From Sedimentisphaerales bacterium (GTDB lineage Bacteria; Planctomycetota; Phycisphaerae; Sedimentisphaerales; SM23-30): a DNA stretch of 64,000 nt. The number at the start of each line of letters is the position of its first letter. Position 1 is the first letter of the stretch. The stretch lies in NCBI GenBank assembly GCA_963666285.1, contig OY762711.1; one strand, written 5' to 3'. The notes under the pieces are model-generated. The model was not told the origin of the DNA and did not search any database. It saw only the letters and a program-made list of their open reading frames with translations. This document shows positions 30,566 through 40,251 of this stretch, in pieces. Made by a program: the position numbers and the translations under genes.

Positions 30566-31938
30566 AACAACAACCGGAAAAAATAAATCTTGAACAGTGG
30601 GACCATCGCTATCGCTCCCTGCAGCAGGCCGGGCTAATTGAGCCTGACTTCGGCGGTATTCTTAGCCGCCATGTTATCGATGGTGACCTCAGGCTGCTCC
30701 GGCTCGAATATGATAACTCTGTTGCCGCCTTGAACCTCTGGAATTTCCTGCTAACAGAAGAAGATCGCCTCTTTGACTCCCGGAAAAACGGCAGAAAAAT
30801 TGTCGGTGCTATGAAAGATCTCGGTACTGTCCCGGTTATTGCCTATTGCTTCGACGAACTTATCTCTTTCTATCCTGACGGTGCCTGGTGGATTCCCTGT
30901 GTTATGGAGTTAAATGACGGAATGTTCGGCATCGCCGATTCGCTGGGCATTGATGAATCTTTTTGCCCGGTGCGGGCTATGCTGGGTGCGTTTCTTTCCG
31001 AAGCCCATTTCCCGATACCTGATTTGCTCATCTGCAGTACCGGCGCCGTCTGCGACGATTTCTCTGCTATCGCCCAGCGTCTTAACGGTTTGGGGTTCCC
31101 GATCTTCTGGTGGGAGATACCCCATCGGCGTCTCCCGGAAAAGGATGAACATGCAATAAATTTACCCGGCGGTTTTACCGCTCCTATTGACCAGCTGCAA
31201 TTTGTCCGTACCGAACTTGAACGGATCGTTGAAGCTATCGAGCAGCTTGCCGGTCAGTCTCTGAACAAAGATATGCTCCGTTCCGGCATACAGCGTGCTA
31301 ATAATATCCGCGATGTCCTCAACCGGCTCAGATACCTTACCTTTACTGCTGATATTTGCCCTATGCCTGCACTGGAAATGCTTATTGCCGAGATGATCGC
31401 TATCCATTACTGTTCGGATCAAAACCTTGCCATGGTTGTCTTGACTGACCTTCTCGAAGAAGTCCGGCACAGAGTGAGTGCCGGTGTTGGCGTTCTTCAG
31501 CCCGATGCCGCACGTATTTTCTGGATCAACCCTGTCGCTGATTTACAGGTTATGAACGTCCTTGAAGATTGTGGCGGCAGAATCTGCGGCACCGAGTATC
31601 TCTTCACTCATGCATTAGACCCTGTCCCTGTTGATATCGACCCGCTCGACGCTCTCGCTCAGATGGCATTGGCTGACCCTATGGTCGGCCCGGCATGGCA
31701 ACGGGCTGAACGCATTTGTAATGATATAAAATTGTTCGGCAGCGAAGCTGTCATTATTTCCAGGATACCCGGTGCCAGTCATTGTGCCGTAGAAGGCCGC
31801 GTGATCGCCACTATCATTCGTGAAAAAATTGATATACCTGTAATTGAAATCGAAGTTCCACCTGTTTCCCAGTCAATTCAACCGGCACTACGCACCCGGA
31901 TTGAGGCTCTGGTTGAAACTGTCAAAAATCGGAGATAA
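30562..31938 (+). CDS. 2-hydroxyacyl-CoA dehydratase / benzoyl-CoA reductase-like Fe-S subunit
   Basis: G…SFCPVRAMLG, PDLLICS.GAVCDD, ASHCAVE and IPVIEIE…TRIEALVE; ATGA overlap with the upstream gene. Confidence 0.8.
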   Translation: MKQQPEKINLEQWDHRYRSLQQAGLIEPDFGGILSRHVIDGDLRLLRLEYDNSVAALNLWNFLLTEEDRLFDSRKNGRKIVGAMKDLGTVPVIAYCFDELISFYPDGAWWIPCVMELNDGMFGIADSLGIDESFCPVRAMLGAFLSEAHFPIPDLLICSTGAVCDDFSAIAQRLNGLGFPIFWWEIPHRRLPEKDEHAINLPGGFTAPIDQLQFVRTELERIVEAIEQLAGQSLNKDMLRSGIQRANNIRDVLNRLRYLTFTADICPMPALEMLIAEMIAIHYCSDQNLAMVVLTDLLEEVRHRVSAGVGVLQPDAARIFWINPVADLQVMNVLEDCGGRICGTEYLFTHALDPVPVDIDPLDALAQMALADPMVGPAWQRAERICNDIKLFGSEAVIISRIPGASHCAVEGRVIATIIREKIDIPVIEIEVPPVSQSIQPALRTRIEALVETVKNRR

Positions 31939-31940
31939 AT

Positions 31941-32708
31941 ATGTTAACTGTTGGTATTGATGCTGGTTCGAGAACCATTAAAATTGTAATATTCGACGCT
32001 GAAGCTCGCTCAATTATCGATGGCCTTGTTATCGATCAGGGCATAAAGCAGGGGCAGCTCGCTCTCAATCTGCTCGATAAAATCCTCGCTGCTAATAATA
32101 TCCAAAAAGATAAAGTCTCCCGCATTGTCGCTACCGGCTATGGAAGAAATCTCATCCATTTTGCCGAAAAAACCGTTACCGAAATTACTTGTCAGGCCGC
32201 CGGTATAAAACATTTTATGCCCGATGCTGTCTCAATTATCGATATCGGCGGACAGGACAGTAAATATATCCAACTCGATCCAAATGGTAACGTTCATAAC
32301 TTTGCTATGAATGATCGCTGCGCCGCCGGTACCGGCAGATTCCTCGAAGTTGTCGCCACCAGGCTTGATCTTGAGCTGGAAGCATTTGGCAATTTGGCAG
32401 CTGCCAGTAAAAGTGCCGCAATTATCAGCAGTATGTGTGTGGTCTTTGCCGAAACTGAAATTGTCAGCCTGCTTGCTGAAGGTGTGGCCGCTGCCGATAT
32501 CGCATCTGGGGTCATGCGTGCTATTGCTTCCAGGGTGGTTGCTATGGCTGGCGGTAATGTCTCCGAACCTATCGTTTTTACCGGTGGTGTCGCCCTGGTC
32601 CCCGGCATGGCTGAGGCTATAGAAGCTGTCAGCAGCAAATCAGTCTGCATTGCTCCTTCTGCCCAGTTAACTGCTGCCCTGGGTGCCGCCATTATAGCCG
32701 CGAAATAA
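31941..32708 (+). CDS. ATP-dependent activase (HgdC/BadF/YjiL type; ASKHA ATPase with [4Fe-4S])
   Basis: GIDAGS..IK, ATGYGR, TEITC, IDIGGQDSK, MNDRCAAGTGRFLE and ISSMCVVFAETE motifs. Confidence 0.95.
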   Translation: MLTVGIDAGSRTIKIVIFDAEARSIIDGLVIDQGIKQGQLALNLLDKILAANNIQKDKVSRIVATGYGRNLIHFAEKTVTEITCQAAGIKHFMPDAVSIIDIGGQDSKYIQLDPNGNVHNFAMNDRCAAGTGRFLEVVATRLDLELEAFGNLAAASKSAAIISSMCVVFAETEIVSLLAEGVAAADIASGVMRAIASRVVAMAGGNVSEPIVFTGGVALVPGMAEAIEAVSSKSVCIAPSAQLTAALGAAIIAAK

Positions 32709-32883
32709 TTACTCTAATTGTGGTTTAGAACAAATTGCTTAAAAACAGGACCGGCGTTTTCCCTGATTGAAAATCAGTCTTGTCATTTTTTCACTTCTTA
32801 GCAAAATTATAATGCTTTTTTGACTGCTGCCTGCATAGTATATCAAATAGGTAATATAAATTATTTATTTACTGGAGGCTCTG

Positions 32884-34803
32884 ATGAATTCTAAAAGATC
32901 TCTTGTCTGTATACTTTTGCTGAGTTTTGTTTTAACCTTTTCCAATAATGCTTTTGCTGTCGAAAAAGAAGACTTTCTGGGCGCCTGGTTAAATAATAAC
33001 CAGTACACAGCAGGCATTACCAGGGTTCTTATCGCTGAGGGAACTCTTAGAGGACAGCTTGTTTTTAAATTTTTCGGGTCATGTTATCCTTACGAATGTG
33101 ACTGGGATACGGTATCGGTGATTTATTCCGGTAATCCTATAACTGTTATTTATACTTCTGATGCAGGTATTCATACTCTTACCCTTACTTACTCCGAAAA
33201 AACTCATATACTGCATATTCATTCTGTTTTTGAAAGACCTGGAATATCTATATTTGAGTATGATTACTATTTCTCTAAAACCTCTAAACCCGATCTAACG
33301 ATAAGGGAAATTGACCAGCCGACCAAAGTTATTACCTACGGTGAAACTCCCTGGGTTTGGTACACCTTCACAGTTCATAACCTGGGAGCTGCCTGGACCT
33401 CAACAACCAGCGAGCAGTTATACGCTAAAATTGTTAATTTGACTCGCGATGGTGAGCCGGTACTGAATGCCGGTTATTTCGATTTGTCCGGCGTGACATC
33501 TTTGGATATGGGCGAATATACCGAGCATTCTTTTGCAGTGTCCGATAGTTTATGGTCTCCCGGTTATTACAAGTTCCAGGTTATGATAGATCACGATGAT
33601 CTCATCAGCGAAGATTGGGAACATAACAATGTATCTAACTTCTTCTCACTTACGGTTCTGCCCGAGCATCAGATTGCCGGTACATGTGAATTCAATAACC
33701 TGCCGGTCCATTATTATACATCTGAAATTCCATCTTTAGTTATTTTCACTTCTCCTGGTAACAATGTTGAAGGTGCGGAATTATATTATTATCCGGAAAG
33801 CTCCGTATACGCTGTTAACAATATCCCGGAAGATATTCCTCTTTGTATCTATAGCGAAATAAATGCCGCCTCTTCTGCCTACACCTCTCTTCCCGGCAAT
33901 TACAGAACTCCGGGGAGTTATTTTACTTTATCTGATATGACATCGGCAGAGCGGGAAAATTATAGCGTTGATTATATTAAAATTATGCATATGACCAGGC
34001 CGCGGGATAATGAAAATATATCTCCATATATCGGCACTCCTCAAGATGTCTATCAGCCTGGTATTGTATTTGAATGGGCCCCGGTTCCGGGCGCTGATGA
34101 ATACACGCTTGAAATAAATTTATATAGAGATTACGAAAATCCAGGTGGCTACGGTTTCATTTCTGATATTTTGGATATTTCTACTACTGATACCAGGTAC
34201 GTCGCTGAACTGCCGTCAAACAATGAACTTGAACATTATCAAATTAAACTGATTGCATATGACAGTAACGGTGATACTATTGGCATTTGCTATACAACAT
34301 ATACTGGCGGTGTATGGTCAGTAGCTTACAGGTTCAAAGTAGATTATAACTGCTATCCCGAACTGGCAAAACCGAATCTGCATGTTGTAGATGTTAACCT
34401 GATCGAAGGTGACACGCTTATAGTATATAGCCTCGAAGTGAGCAATGTCGATATGATTCCTGATGAGTTATTTGCCTCTGCCCCTGACCTTGACCCTTGT
34501 GGCGGCAATACCGAATCTTCCAGGACCTGGGTGCGGATCTATGATATTTATGGAGGTGTACTGAAGCAGTATTGTGCCTTCAGCAGTGCTGGTGATTTGA
34601 ATATGATGAACTTTTCTTTACCGGTTGGGGACACAACGCCGTTGGCTGTTTATGCCGAACTGGAAGACCGCCGCTGCGGCATAACATATACTACCACCAT
34701 CGCTGATACTGCCTATGCCTGCCCGCTGGCCGACCTGGATGATGACTGCGCTGTCACACTATCTGATTTCAGTATCATGGCAGCTCAATGGTTAATGAAT
34801 TAG
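32884..34803 (+). CDS. Secreted multidomain protein with a CARDB domain and a C-terminal dockerin-like tail
   Basis: Signal peptide; PDL.I…D.DDLISEDWEHNN (CARDB); C-terminal ADLDDDCAVTLSDFSIMAAQWL. Confidence 0.75.
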   Translation: MNSKRSLVCILLLSFVLTFSNNAFAVEKEDFLGAWLNNNQYTAGITRVLIAEGTLRGQLVFKFFGSCYPYECDWDTVSVIYSGNPITVIYTSDAGIHTLTLTYSEKTHILHIHSVFERPGISIFEYDYYFSKTSKPDLTIREIDQPTKVITYGETPWVWYTFTVHNLGAAWTSTTSEQLYAKIVNLTRDGEPVLNAGYFDLSGVTSLDMGEYTEHSFAVSDSLWSPGYYKFQVMIDHDDLISEDWEHNNVSNFFSLTVLPEHQIAGTCEFNNLPVHYYTSEIPSLVIFTSPGNNVEGAELYYYPESSVYAVNNIPEDIPLCIYSEINAASSAYTSLPGNYRTPGSYFTLSDMTSAERENYSVDYIKIMHMTRPRDNENISPYIGTPQDVYQPGIVFEWAPVPGADEYTLEINLYRDYENPGGYGFISDILDISTTDTRYVAELPSNNELEHYQIKLIAYDSNGDTIGICYTTYTGGVWSVAYRFKVDYNCYPELAKPNLHVVDVNLIEGDTLIVYSLEVSNVDMIPDELFASAPDLDPCGGNTESSRTWVRIYDIYGGVLKQYCAFSSAGDLNMMNFSLPVGDTTPLAVYAELEDRRCGITYTTTIADTAYACPLADLDDDCAVTLSDFSIMAAQWLMN

Positions 34804-34847
34804 TGTATTATTTGATTTGACTTCCGACTAAAAACATAAGGTGACCT

Positions 34848-34874
34848 CTCAAACAGGCCATTGGTCAGTTTGAG
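34848..34874. repeat. 27-bp palindrome, copy 1
   Basis: CTCAAACAGGCC-ATT-GGTCAGTTTGAG; related copies at 35550 and 38256. Confidence 0.7.
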
Positions 34875-35446
34875 TTAATTATTGCTCTATGTACCACATT
34901 ATATACCGGCCCATCTGATGTCAGGTTACTGCTGAAGATTGTCAACGCTTCTACTCCCTGAACTCCAAACGGGTGTGTTACCAGGTCGTCGATTATGCTC
35001 GCTGCTTTCCGGCCGTTTTCCGAATTCTTTATTCTTGCCAGGGTGATATGCGGGCTGAACGGTTTATTCTCTTTATCGAAGCCCAGCATTTCCATATTAT
35101 CCTCAACTGAGGCAAATAGGTTTCTCAACTGCTCGGCTCCTTGTGTTAAACCGGCCCATATTACTCTCGCTGATGCCCTGGGCGGAAAATATCCGGCATT
35201 ACCAACTTCAATATCAAATGTGCTATGTTCGCTCGCAGCTTCATCGCAACCCTTGCATACATCCATTATCTTATTGTCATCCACATCGCCCAGGAACTTC
35301 ACTGTTACATGCAGGTTCTCGCTCTTGACCCATTTTATTCCCTTCTCGTAACCCCATAGCTCTGTCTGCAGCTGCTTTCGCAAAGCTGACAAATTATCTC
35401 TTATAAAACTGTCCAGTTCGACAGCGATAAAACATCTCATTGACAT
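34865..35446 (-). CDS. thpR: RNA 2',3'-cyclic phosphodiesterase (2H family)
   Basis: RCFIAV, NLHVTVKFLG, FSPHITLAR (two HxT motifs) and S.LT..GPVY. Confidence 0.92.
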   Translation of the reverse strand: MSMRCFIAVELDSFIRDNLSALRKQLQTELWGYEKGIKWVKSENLHVTVKFLGDVDDNKIMDVCKGCDEAASEHSTFDIEVGNAGYFPPRASARVIWAGLTQGAEQLRNLFASVEDNMEMLGFDKENKPFSPHITLARIKNSENGRKAASIIDDLVTHPFGVQGVEALTIFSSNLTSDGPVYNVVHRAIINSN

Positions 35447-35468
35447 TTTCTAAGTCCTCTGTATTGGT

Positions 35469-35537
35469 TGACTTTCGCAGTTTCTAAGCTGCTGCAGCTA
35501 TGTGCCTTTGGTAAATCGCCTGAAAGGGCCTTCCTGC
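35469..35537 (+). repeat. Dispersed repeat (MITE-like), left part
   Basis: ACTTTCGCAGTTTCTAAGCTGC…GTGCCTTTGGTAAATCGCCTGAAAGGGCCTTCCTG matches the 23640 and 37977 copies. Confidence 0.8.
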
Positions 35538-35549
35538 GGCCCTTATGCT

Positions 35550-35576
35550 TTCTAACTGATCACCGGTCAGTTAGAA
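35550..35576. repeat. 27-bp palindrome, copy 2
   Basis: TTCTAACTGATC-ACC-GGTCAGTTAGAA. Confidence 0.65.
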
Positions 35577-35905
35577 AAAATAATTGTAATCCATTATTTT
35601 TCATAGATAAAGCTAAAAAAGACAGTTACAAAATTTCTACCGGTAATTTCCAATGATAATTATTGATTTAACATGATTTTTTCATTGGAATAAAATCTTA
35701 ATTGTTATAATAGAAGTATATTTTTGAGATAAGCAGTCACAGGTGCGTTATTTGCGTTAGATTCTGTGCTTGCGAACCTTTTAAATAGTTCGCGATAAGC
35801 GACACCTTAGCTTATTTCTTTTTACTTATATCTTATTACTGTAACAGTGAGAACGGTTACTTTTTGAGTAAAATATTTGTGCCTGTAAACGAGAGGAATT
35901 TTGCC

Positions 35906-36931
35906 ATGAAAAAGTGTATTTTCTTTGTTCTTGTTGCTTCTTGTTATCAATTGTCAGCCCAGTCTCTAATAATAGATCATAACTGTGTGAATATTAACGC
36001 TGTCCCTCTTGAATATATCCTTGCCGCCAAAGCTCAGCTTCATATTGCATACGGCCATACCTCGCACGGCAGCCAGGTAACCTCCGGTATGTCTGCTCTG
36101 GTACAATTTGCCAATAATGGCGGCAGGGGACTCGAACTGCCGGTTAATATTTTCGCCTGGAACAACGGGGGTAACGACGACGCTCTCGACCTGCATGATT
36201 ATGCCATGGGCGGCGATGTCGGTTATTATCCGCAATGGTACAACAATACCCTGTCATATCTTGCCGAACAGGATAATTCTGATGTTAATGTTATTATGTG
36301 GTCATGGTGCGGGCAGGTTGATAGTAAATATGCTTCTGGCACATTGTATTCGGAATATCTCGCCCCGATGGCTCAGCTGGAACTTATGTATCCTGATATT
36401 ACTTTTGTCTATATGACCGGCCATGTTGATATTGGGGACGATGCCAACAACAAAGCTGCTAATAATATGATTCGTGACTTCTGCAAAACATATGGCAAGG
36501 TACTCTATGATTTTGCTGATATCGAACGGTATAACCCTGATGGTAATTACTATGAATTCTGCCACGATAACTGTAATTATTATGATGCTGTCGGCGGAAC
36601 ACTTCTTGGCAATTGGGCTGCCGAATGGCAGAATTCCCATATGGAAGGTTACGACTGGTATAGTTGCAGCTCTGCTCACAGCCAGCCTTTGAATGCTAAC
36701 CAAAAAGCTTACGCTGCCTGGTGGATGTTTGCCGCACTGGCCGGCTGGCAGGGAAACTGCCAATTGGTCTCTGATATCTATAATGACAACATAATTGATA
36801 TTATGGACCTGGCGGTTCTGTCATCTCAATGGCTGACCTCCGGCGAAGATGATATCGTCGGTAATGATGGATTTACCAATCTTATCGACCTGACCGCTAT
36901 GGCAAACGAATGGCTCAAAAGCTGCCAATAA
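35906..36931 (+). CDS. Secreted protein (SGNH-like fold suspected) with a C-terminal dockerin-like domain
   Basis: GAGAGG SD then MKK signal peptide; AYGHTSHGSQ, MWSWCGQ and LYDFADIE motifs; two dockerin-like repeats DIYNDNIIDIMDLAVLSSQWL and DGFTNLIDLTAMANEWL. Confidence 0.75.
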   Translation: MKKCIFFVLVASCYQLSAQSLIIDHNCVNINAVPLEYILAAKAQLHIAYGHTSHGSQVTSGMSALVQFANNGGRGLELPVNIFAWNNGGNDDALDLHDYAMGGDVGYYPQWYNNTLSYLAEQDNSDVNVIMWSWCGQVDSKYASGTLYSEYLAPMAQLELMYPDITFVYMTGHVDIGDDANNKAANNMIRDFCKTYGKVLYDFADIERYNPDGNYYEFCHDNCNYYDAVGGTLLGNWAAEWQNSHMEGYDWYSCSSAHSQPLNANQKAYAAWWMFAALAGWQGNCQLVSDIYNDNIIDIMDLAVLSSQWLTSGEDDIVGNDGFTNLIDLTAMANEWLKSCQ

Positions 36932-36967
36932 AAAAACGGGCAGTATATCTCTTACTGCCCGGATTTT
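36930..36967. terminator. Bidirectional terminator
   Basis: A-run, CGGGCAGTA-TATCTCT-TACTGCCCG stem, then GATTTT; between convergent genes. Confidence 0.75.
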
Positions 36968-37053
36968 AATTGTTATTCACGTTTCACAGCTAAATGAACA
37001 TAACTTATTTATTCAAAGTGATATTTACTACTCTATAAAAAATTCTCTGTCAT

Positions 37054-37118
37054 TGTCTCACCTCTCACCTTTTACCTCTTACCTTTTACTTCTTCCTTCT
37101 CTCTTCTCTCTCTTCTCA
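37054..37118 (+). repeat. Pyrimidine-rich degenerate heptamer tandem repeat
   Basis: CCTCTCA CCTTTTA CCTCTTA CCTTTTA CTTCTTC CTTCTCT CTTCTCT. Confidence 0.75.
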
Positions 37119-37907
37119 TTCTTCCTTGTCGAGTTCCTGCTCTTTTTTCTCTATCAGCTTTTCTATTTCTTCTTCGTATTTTTCCAGGGCACCGTCGAGA
37201 TCCGCTTCCATCTCTTCGGTCAGTTCCATAATCTTATCTGACAATTTATCCTGCATCGCATAGGCAAGCTCGTTCATCTCATCTATAATATCGCTGAAAT
37301 GTTCGTTTAGGACACCTTCTTTATTTTCTATTTTCTCCAGCAGTTCATCTACGCCTTCCATCGCTGAATCCAGCTTGTCTGTATACAATTCTTCAAATTT
37401 ATCCAATACAGCCACAAGTTCATCTCGAGCTGCATCCAGCTTATCACTATATATGCTTTGCATTTCATCCAGGGCATCTTCCAACTCTTCCAGCTCTTCT
37501 CGATTTTTGATTAGCTTAAATTGTTTCTTTGTATATTCCGTTATCTTGCCCGTAGCATCCTTCAGACTGCTAGCATATTTTTTACTCTTTGTAACTACTT
37601 TTTCGGTTATCGCTTCTCCCTTTTCTGCTGCTGCGTCAACTGCCTTCATTACTTTTTGAATTGTCAGTACGTCCTGGCCTTTCAAAACCTCAAGGATATT
37701 CTTTTTTACTTCAAGAATTCCGACTGTGGTTTTAGGTGTATCTTCTTCTGCTTTCTGTTCTGTTTCGATGGTTTTGGGCTGAGATTTCCTTGCTTTTACT
37801 GTCTCGGTAATAACTTTTTTGGATTTTGCCTCTTCTGCCGTTGTTATTGTTGAGACACAGATTATAAATAAGGCTGTTATGCTGGCTATTAATAAGTTGC
37901 GGTTCAT
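37116..37907 (-). CDS. Exported acidic coiled-coil (apolipoprotein-like helical repeat) protein
   Basis: Signal peptide; AGGAG SD; 22-aa-like repeats (LDEMQSIYSDKLDAARDELVAV / LDKFEELYTDKLDSAMEGVDEL). Confidence 0.7.
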   Translation of the reverse strand: MNRNLLIASITALFIICVSTITTAEEAKSKKVITETVKARKSQPKTIETEQKAEEDTPKTTVGILEVKKNILEVLKGQDVLTIQKVMKAVDAAAEKGEAITEKVVTKSKKYASSLKDATGKITEYTKKQFKLIKNREELEELEDALDEMQSIYSDKLDAARDELVAVLDKFEELYTDKLDSAMEGVDELLEKIENKEGVLNEHFSDIIDEMNELAYAMQDKLSDKIMELTEEMEADLDGALEKYEEEIEKLIEKKEQELDKEE

Positions 37908-37975
37908 GATTTTATCTCCTTAAAGTTATATATTTTTCTTTTCAAAAACATCCAATTTTACCAAAGACACTATGT

Positions 37976-38191
37976 GTTTACTTTCGCAGTTTTTAAGTTG
38001 CAAAAATCGCCTAAAAGGGCCTTCCTGTAACACTTTAATATTAAACAAAACGTGAGACGATAGTCGAACACCTTAATTTTTCATTTTTCACTATTCGTTT
38101 TTCACTTAATTGGCCCTGTTCCGGCCTTTGCGTATAATGTTGAACAGTCAAAAGTGCGCCATGCATATGATGCGAAGCATAAACCGCACTA
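37976..38191 (+). mobile_element. MITE-like non-autonomous element, longest copy in the window
   Basis: Left end GTTTACTTTCGCA and right end TGCGAAGCATAAACCGCACTA form imperfect inverted repeats; internal blocks are shared with four other intergenic sites; no ORF. Confidence 0.65.
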
Positions 38192-38255
38192 TGTTACGCA
38201 TTGGCTTTAACAAGTTGTGAGCCATTTTTCATCTTTGCCATAATACTTGATACCC

Positions 38256-38282
38256 CTCAGGCTGACCATCGGTCAGTTTGAG
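38256..38282. repeat. 27-bp palindrome, copy 3
   Basis: CTCAGGCTGACC-ATC-GGTCAGTTTGAG followed by TTAATTAT, as in copy 1. Confidence 0.7.
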
Positions 38283-38608
38283 TTAATTATAACTATTCCA
38301 AATAGTATTAGCTTTTGAGTCAGCTCTCTCTTACTTCTTACTTTTCTCTTCTCGCTTTTTTCTAACCTCATCCTTTATCCTTCTACAATTGTCATTTGGA
38401 CAATTTGTGTTATAGCGCAGTATTTTATGTCCGGTTTATAGCGAAAGATATTATTTTTTTATCTTTTTTGAAACTTTTTCTTCCTTTATCAGTCTAAGAT
38501 ATCAGAAACCGAATATGAAGCTTCACAAATCAGGGAGAGATGCCCGATAATGTATGAATACGACAATGATAAATGTCTAAACCTAACAAATATAAGGAGT
38601 AAGATATA

Positions 38609-40057
38609 ATGAATATTAAAAAATGTAATATAAGTCTAATGTTAACAGTGTGTTATGCTGTTTTGTCGTTTTCCTCAAGCCTTTATTCAGCTCCCGGAGT
38701 CTCTGTAACTGTCTATAATGACAACTTTGGCGTTGTCCGAGAAGTCAGGCAGCTGGATTTTGTCTCTGGAATAAATACCATGAAGTTTACCGATGTTGCT
38801 TCTGCTATTGACCCGACCAGCGTTAGCTTCAAATGTCTGGACGCACCAGATTCGATCCGAATACTCGAGCAGAACTATGAATATGACCTGGTTAATACCG
38901 ATAGCCTGCTGAAAAGATATATTGATAAAGATGTTTCGCTTATTGTAAAAGGTACAGGCAATACCGGCTCCAAGTTGCTGCGAGGTAAATTATCTGCTTC
39001 TGTTGGTAATGACCTTATTATTGAAAGAAGTGATGGTGAACTTTCTATTATATCCAGAAATACCGTCGAATCTATCTCGCTGGAAGGCAAACCGGACGAT
39101 CTCGTTACCAAACCTACCCTTGTCTGGCTTGCTAACGCTGCCCAGGCCGGCCAAAAAGAATGCCAGGTTACCTATACCACCGGTGCTATCAACTGGAAGG
39201 CTGACTATACAGCTATACTCAATCCTGACGATACCGATCTTGACTTTAACGGATGGGTTACCATAGATAACAGAAGCGGCACGGCATATAAAGATGCAAA
39301 AATCAAACTTATCGCTGGCGATGTTCGCAGGGTTCAGGAACAGCATCCCGTCATGTATAAAACAGCTATGCCCAGAGCTATGGTACTCAATGAGGCTATG
39401 GATGCCGGTGGGTTCGAGGAAAAATCCTTCATGGAATATCATATGTACACTTTGGGCCGACCAAGTACGGTCTCTAATAATCAGACCAAGCAGATTGAAT
39501 TTATTGAGCCGGTCAAGGATGTACCATCTCAAAAGGTATTCGTCTATGAAACTGGTAGAGATTACTACTGGGCCGACCCTGACCGTAAAGGTAAGGTGCA
39601 AATAAAGATACAGTTTGAAAACAAGGAAGAATCCAAGCTTGGCATAGCTCTTCCTAAGGGCAAGGTCAGAACCTTCAAAGTCGATCCTGCCGATGGGTCG
39701 CTGGAATTTGTTGGCGAAGATACTATCGATCATACTGCCAAAAAGGAAAAAATCTCCCTTTATATCGGTAATGCATTTGATTTGGTGGTAGATGATAAGA
39801 TTGCCGAACAGAAAAATGGGAAATCCTGGAGAACTGTTACACGGGAACTAAAATTGAAAAACACTAAATCTGACGATGTTGTTATAAATGTTGATCAGAA
39901 AATCAATCGCTATCACAATTGGGAGATCGATTCTGCCAGGGTTAACGGTCAGGAACTGGACCATGAAAAGACAGATGCTGGTACTGCCAGATTTGCCGTT
40001 AAGGTGCCGGCTGATACAGAAGTGGTTCTTGTATATAAGTTTACAGCATCCTGGTAA
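38609..40057 (+). CDS. DUF4139/DUF4140 domain-containing secreted protein
   Basis: VTVYNDNFGVVRE, ILEQNYEYDL, W.ADY…L, GWVTIDNRSG, KLIAGDV and LPKGKVR….FVGEDTIDHT motifs. Confidence 0.88.
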   Translation: MNIKKCNISLMLTVCYAVLSFSSSLYSAPGVSVTVYNDNFGVVREVRQLDFVSGINTMKFTDVASAIDPTSVSFKCLDAPDSIRILEQNYEYDLVNTDSLLKRYIDKDVSLIVKGTGNTGSKLLRGKLSASVGNDLIIERSDGELSIISRNTVESISLEGKPDDLVTKPTLVWLANAAQAGQKECQVTYTTGAINWKADYTAILNPDDTDLDFNGWVTIDNRSGTAYKDAKIKLIAGDVRRVQEQHPVMYKTAMPRAMVLNEAMDAGGFEEKSFMEYHMYTLGRPSTVSNNQTKQIEFIEPVKDVPSQKVFVYETGRDYYWADPDRKGKVQIKIQFENKEESKLGIALPKGKVRTFKVDPADGSLEFVGEDTIDHTAKKEKISLYIGNAFDLVVDDKIAEQKNGKSWRTVTRELKLKNTKSDDVVINVDQKINRYHNWEIDSARVNGQELDHEKTDAGTARFAVKVPADTEVVLVYKFTASW

Positions 40058-40251
40058 TATTGATTGGCATAAGATTTAGAGGTTTATTCCATTTTTTATC
40101 CAATTGAGTTTACTTGCTATAAGGCATTAAAATGTCTTTTGTTAGGATAAAATAGGTTGCCGCTTTGCAGCTTTATTGTTCTGACTCTTGGCATCATATA
40201 CACGATACTTTCAATCTTAAGATCATTCTGGTTGAATAAGAGATTTTTTAT

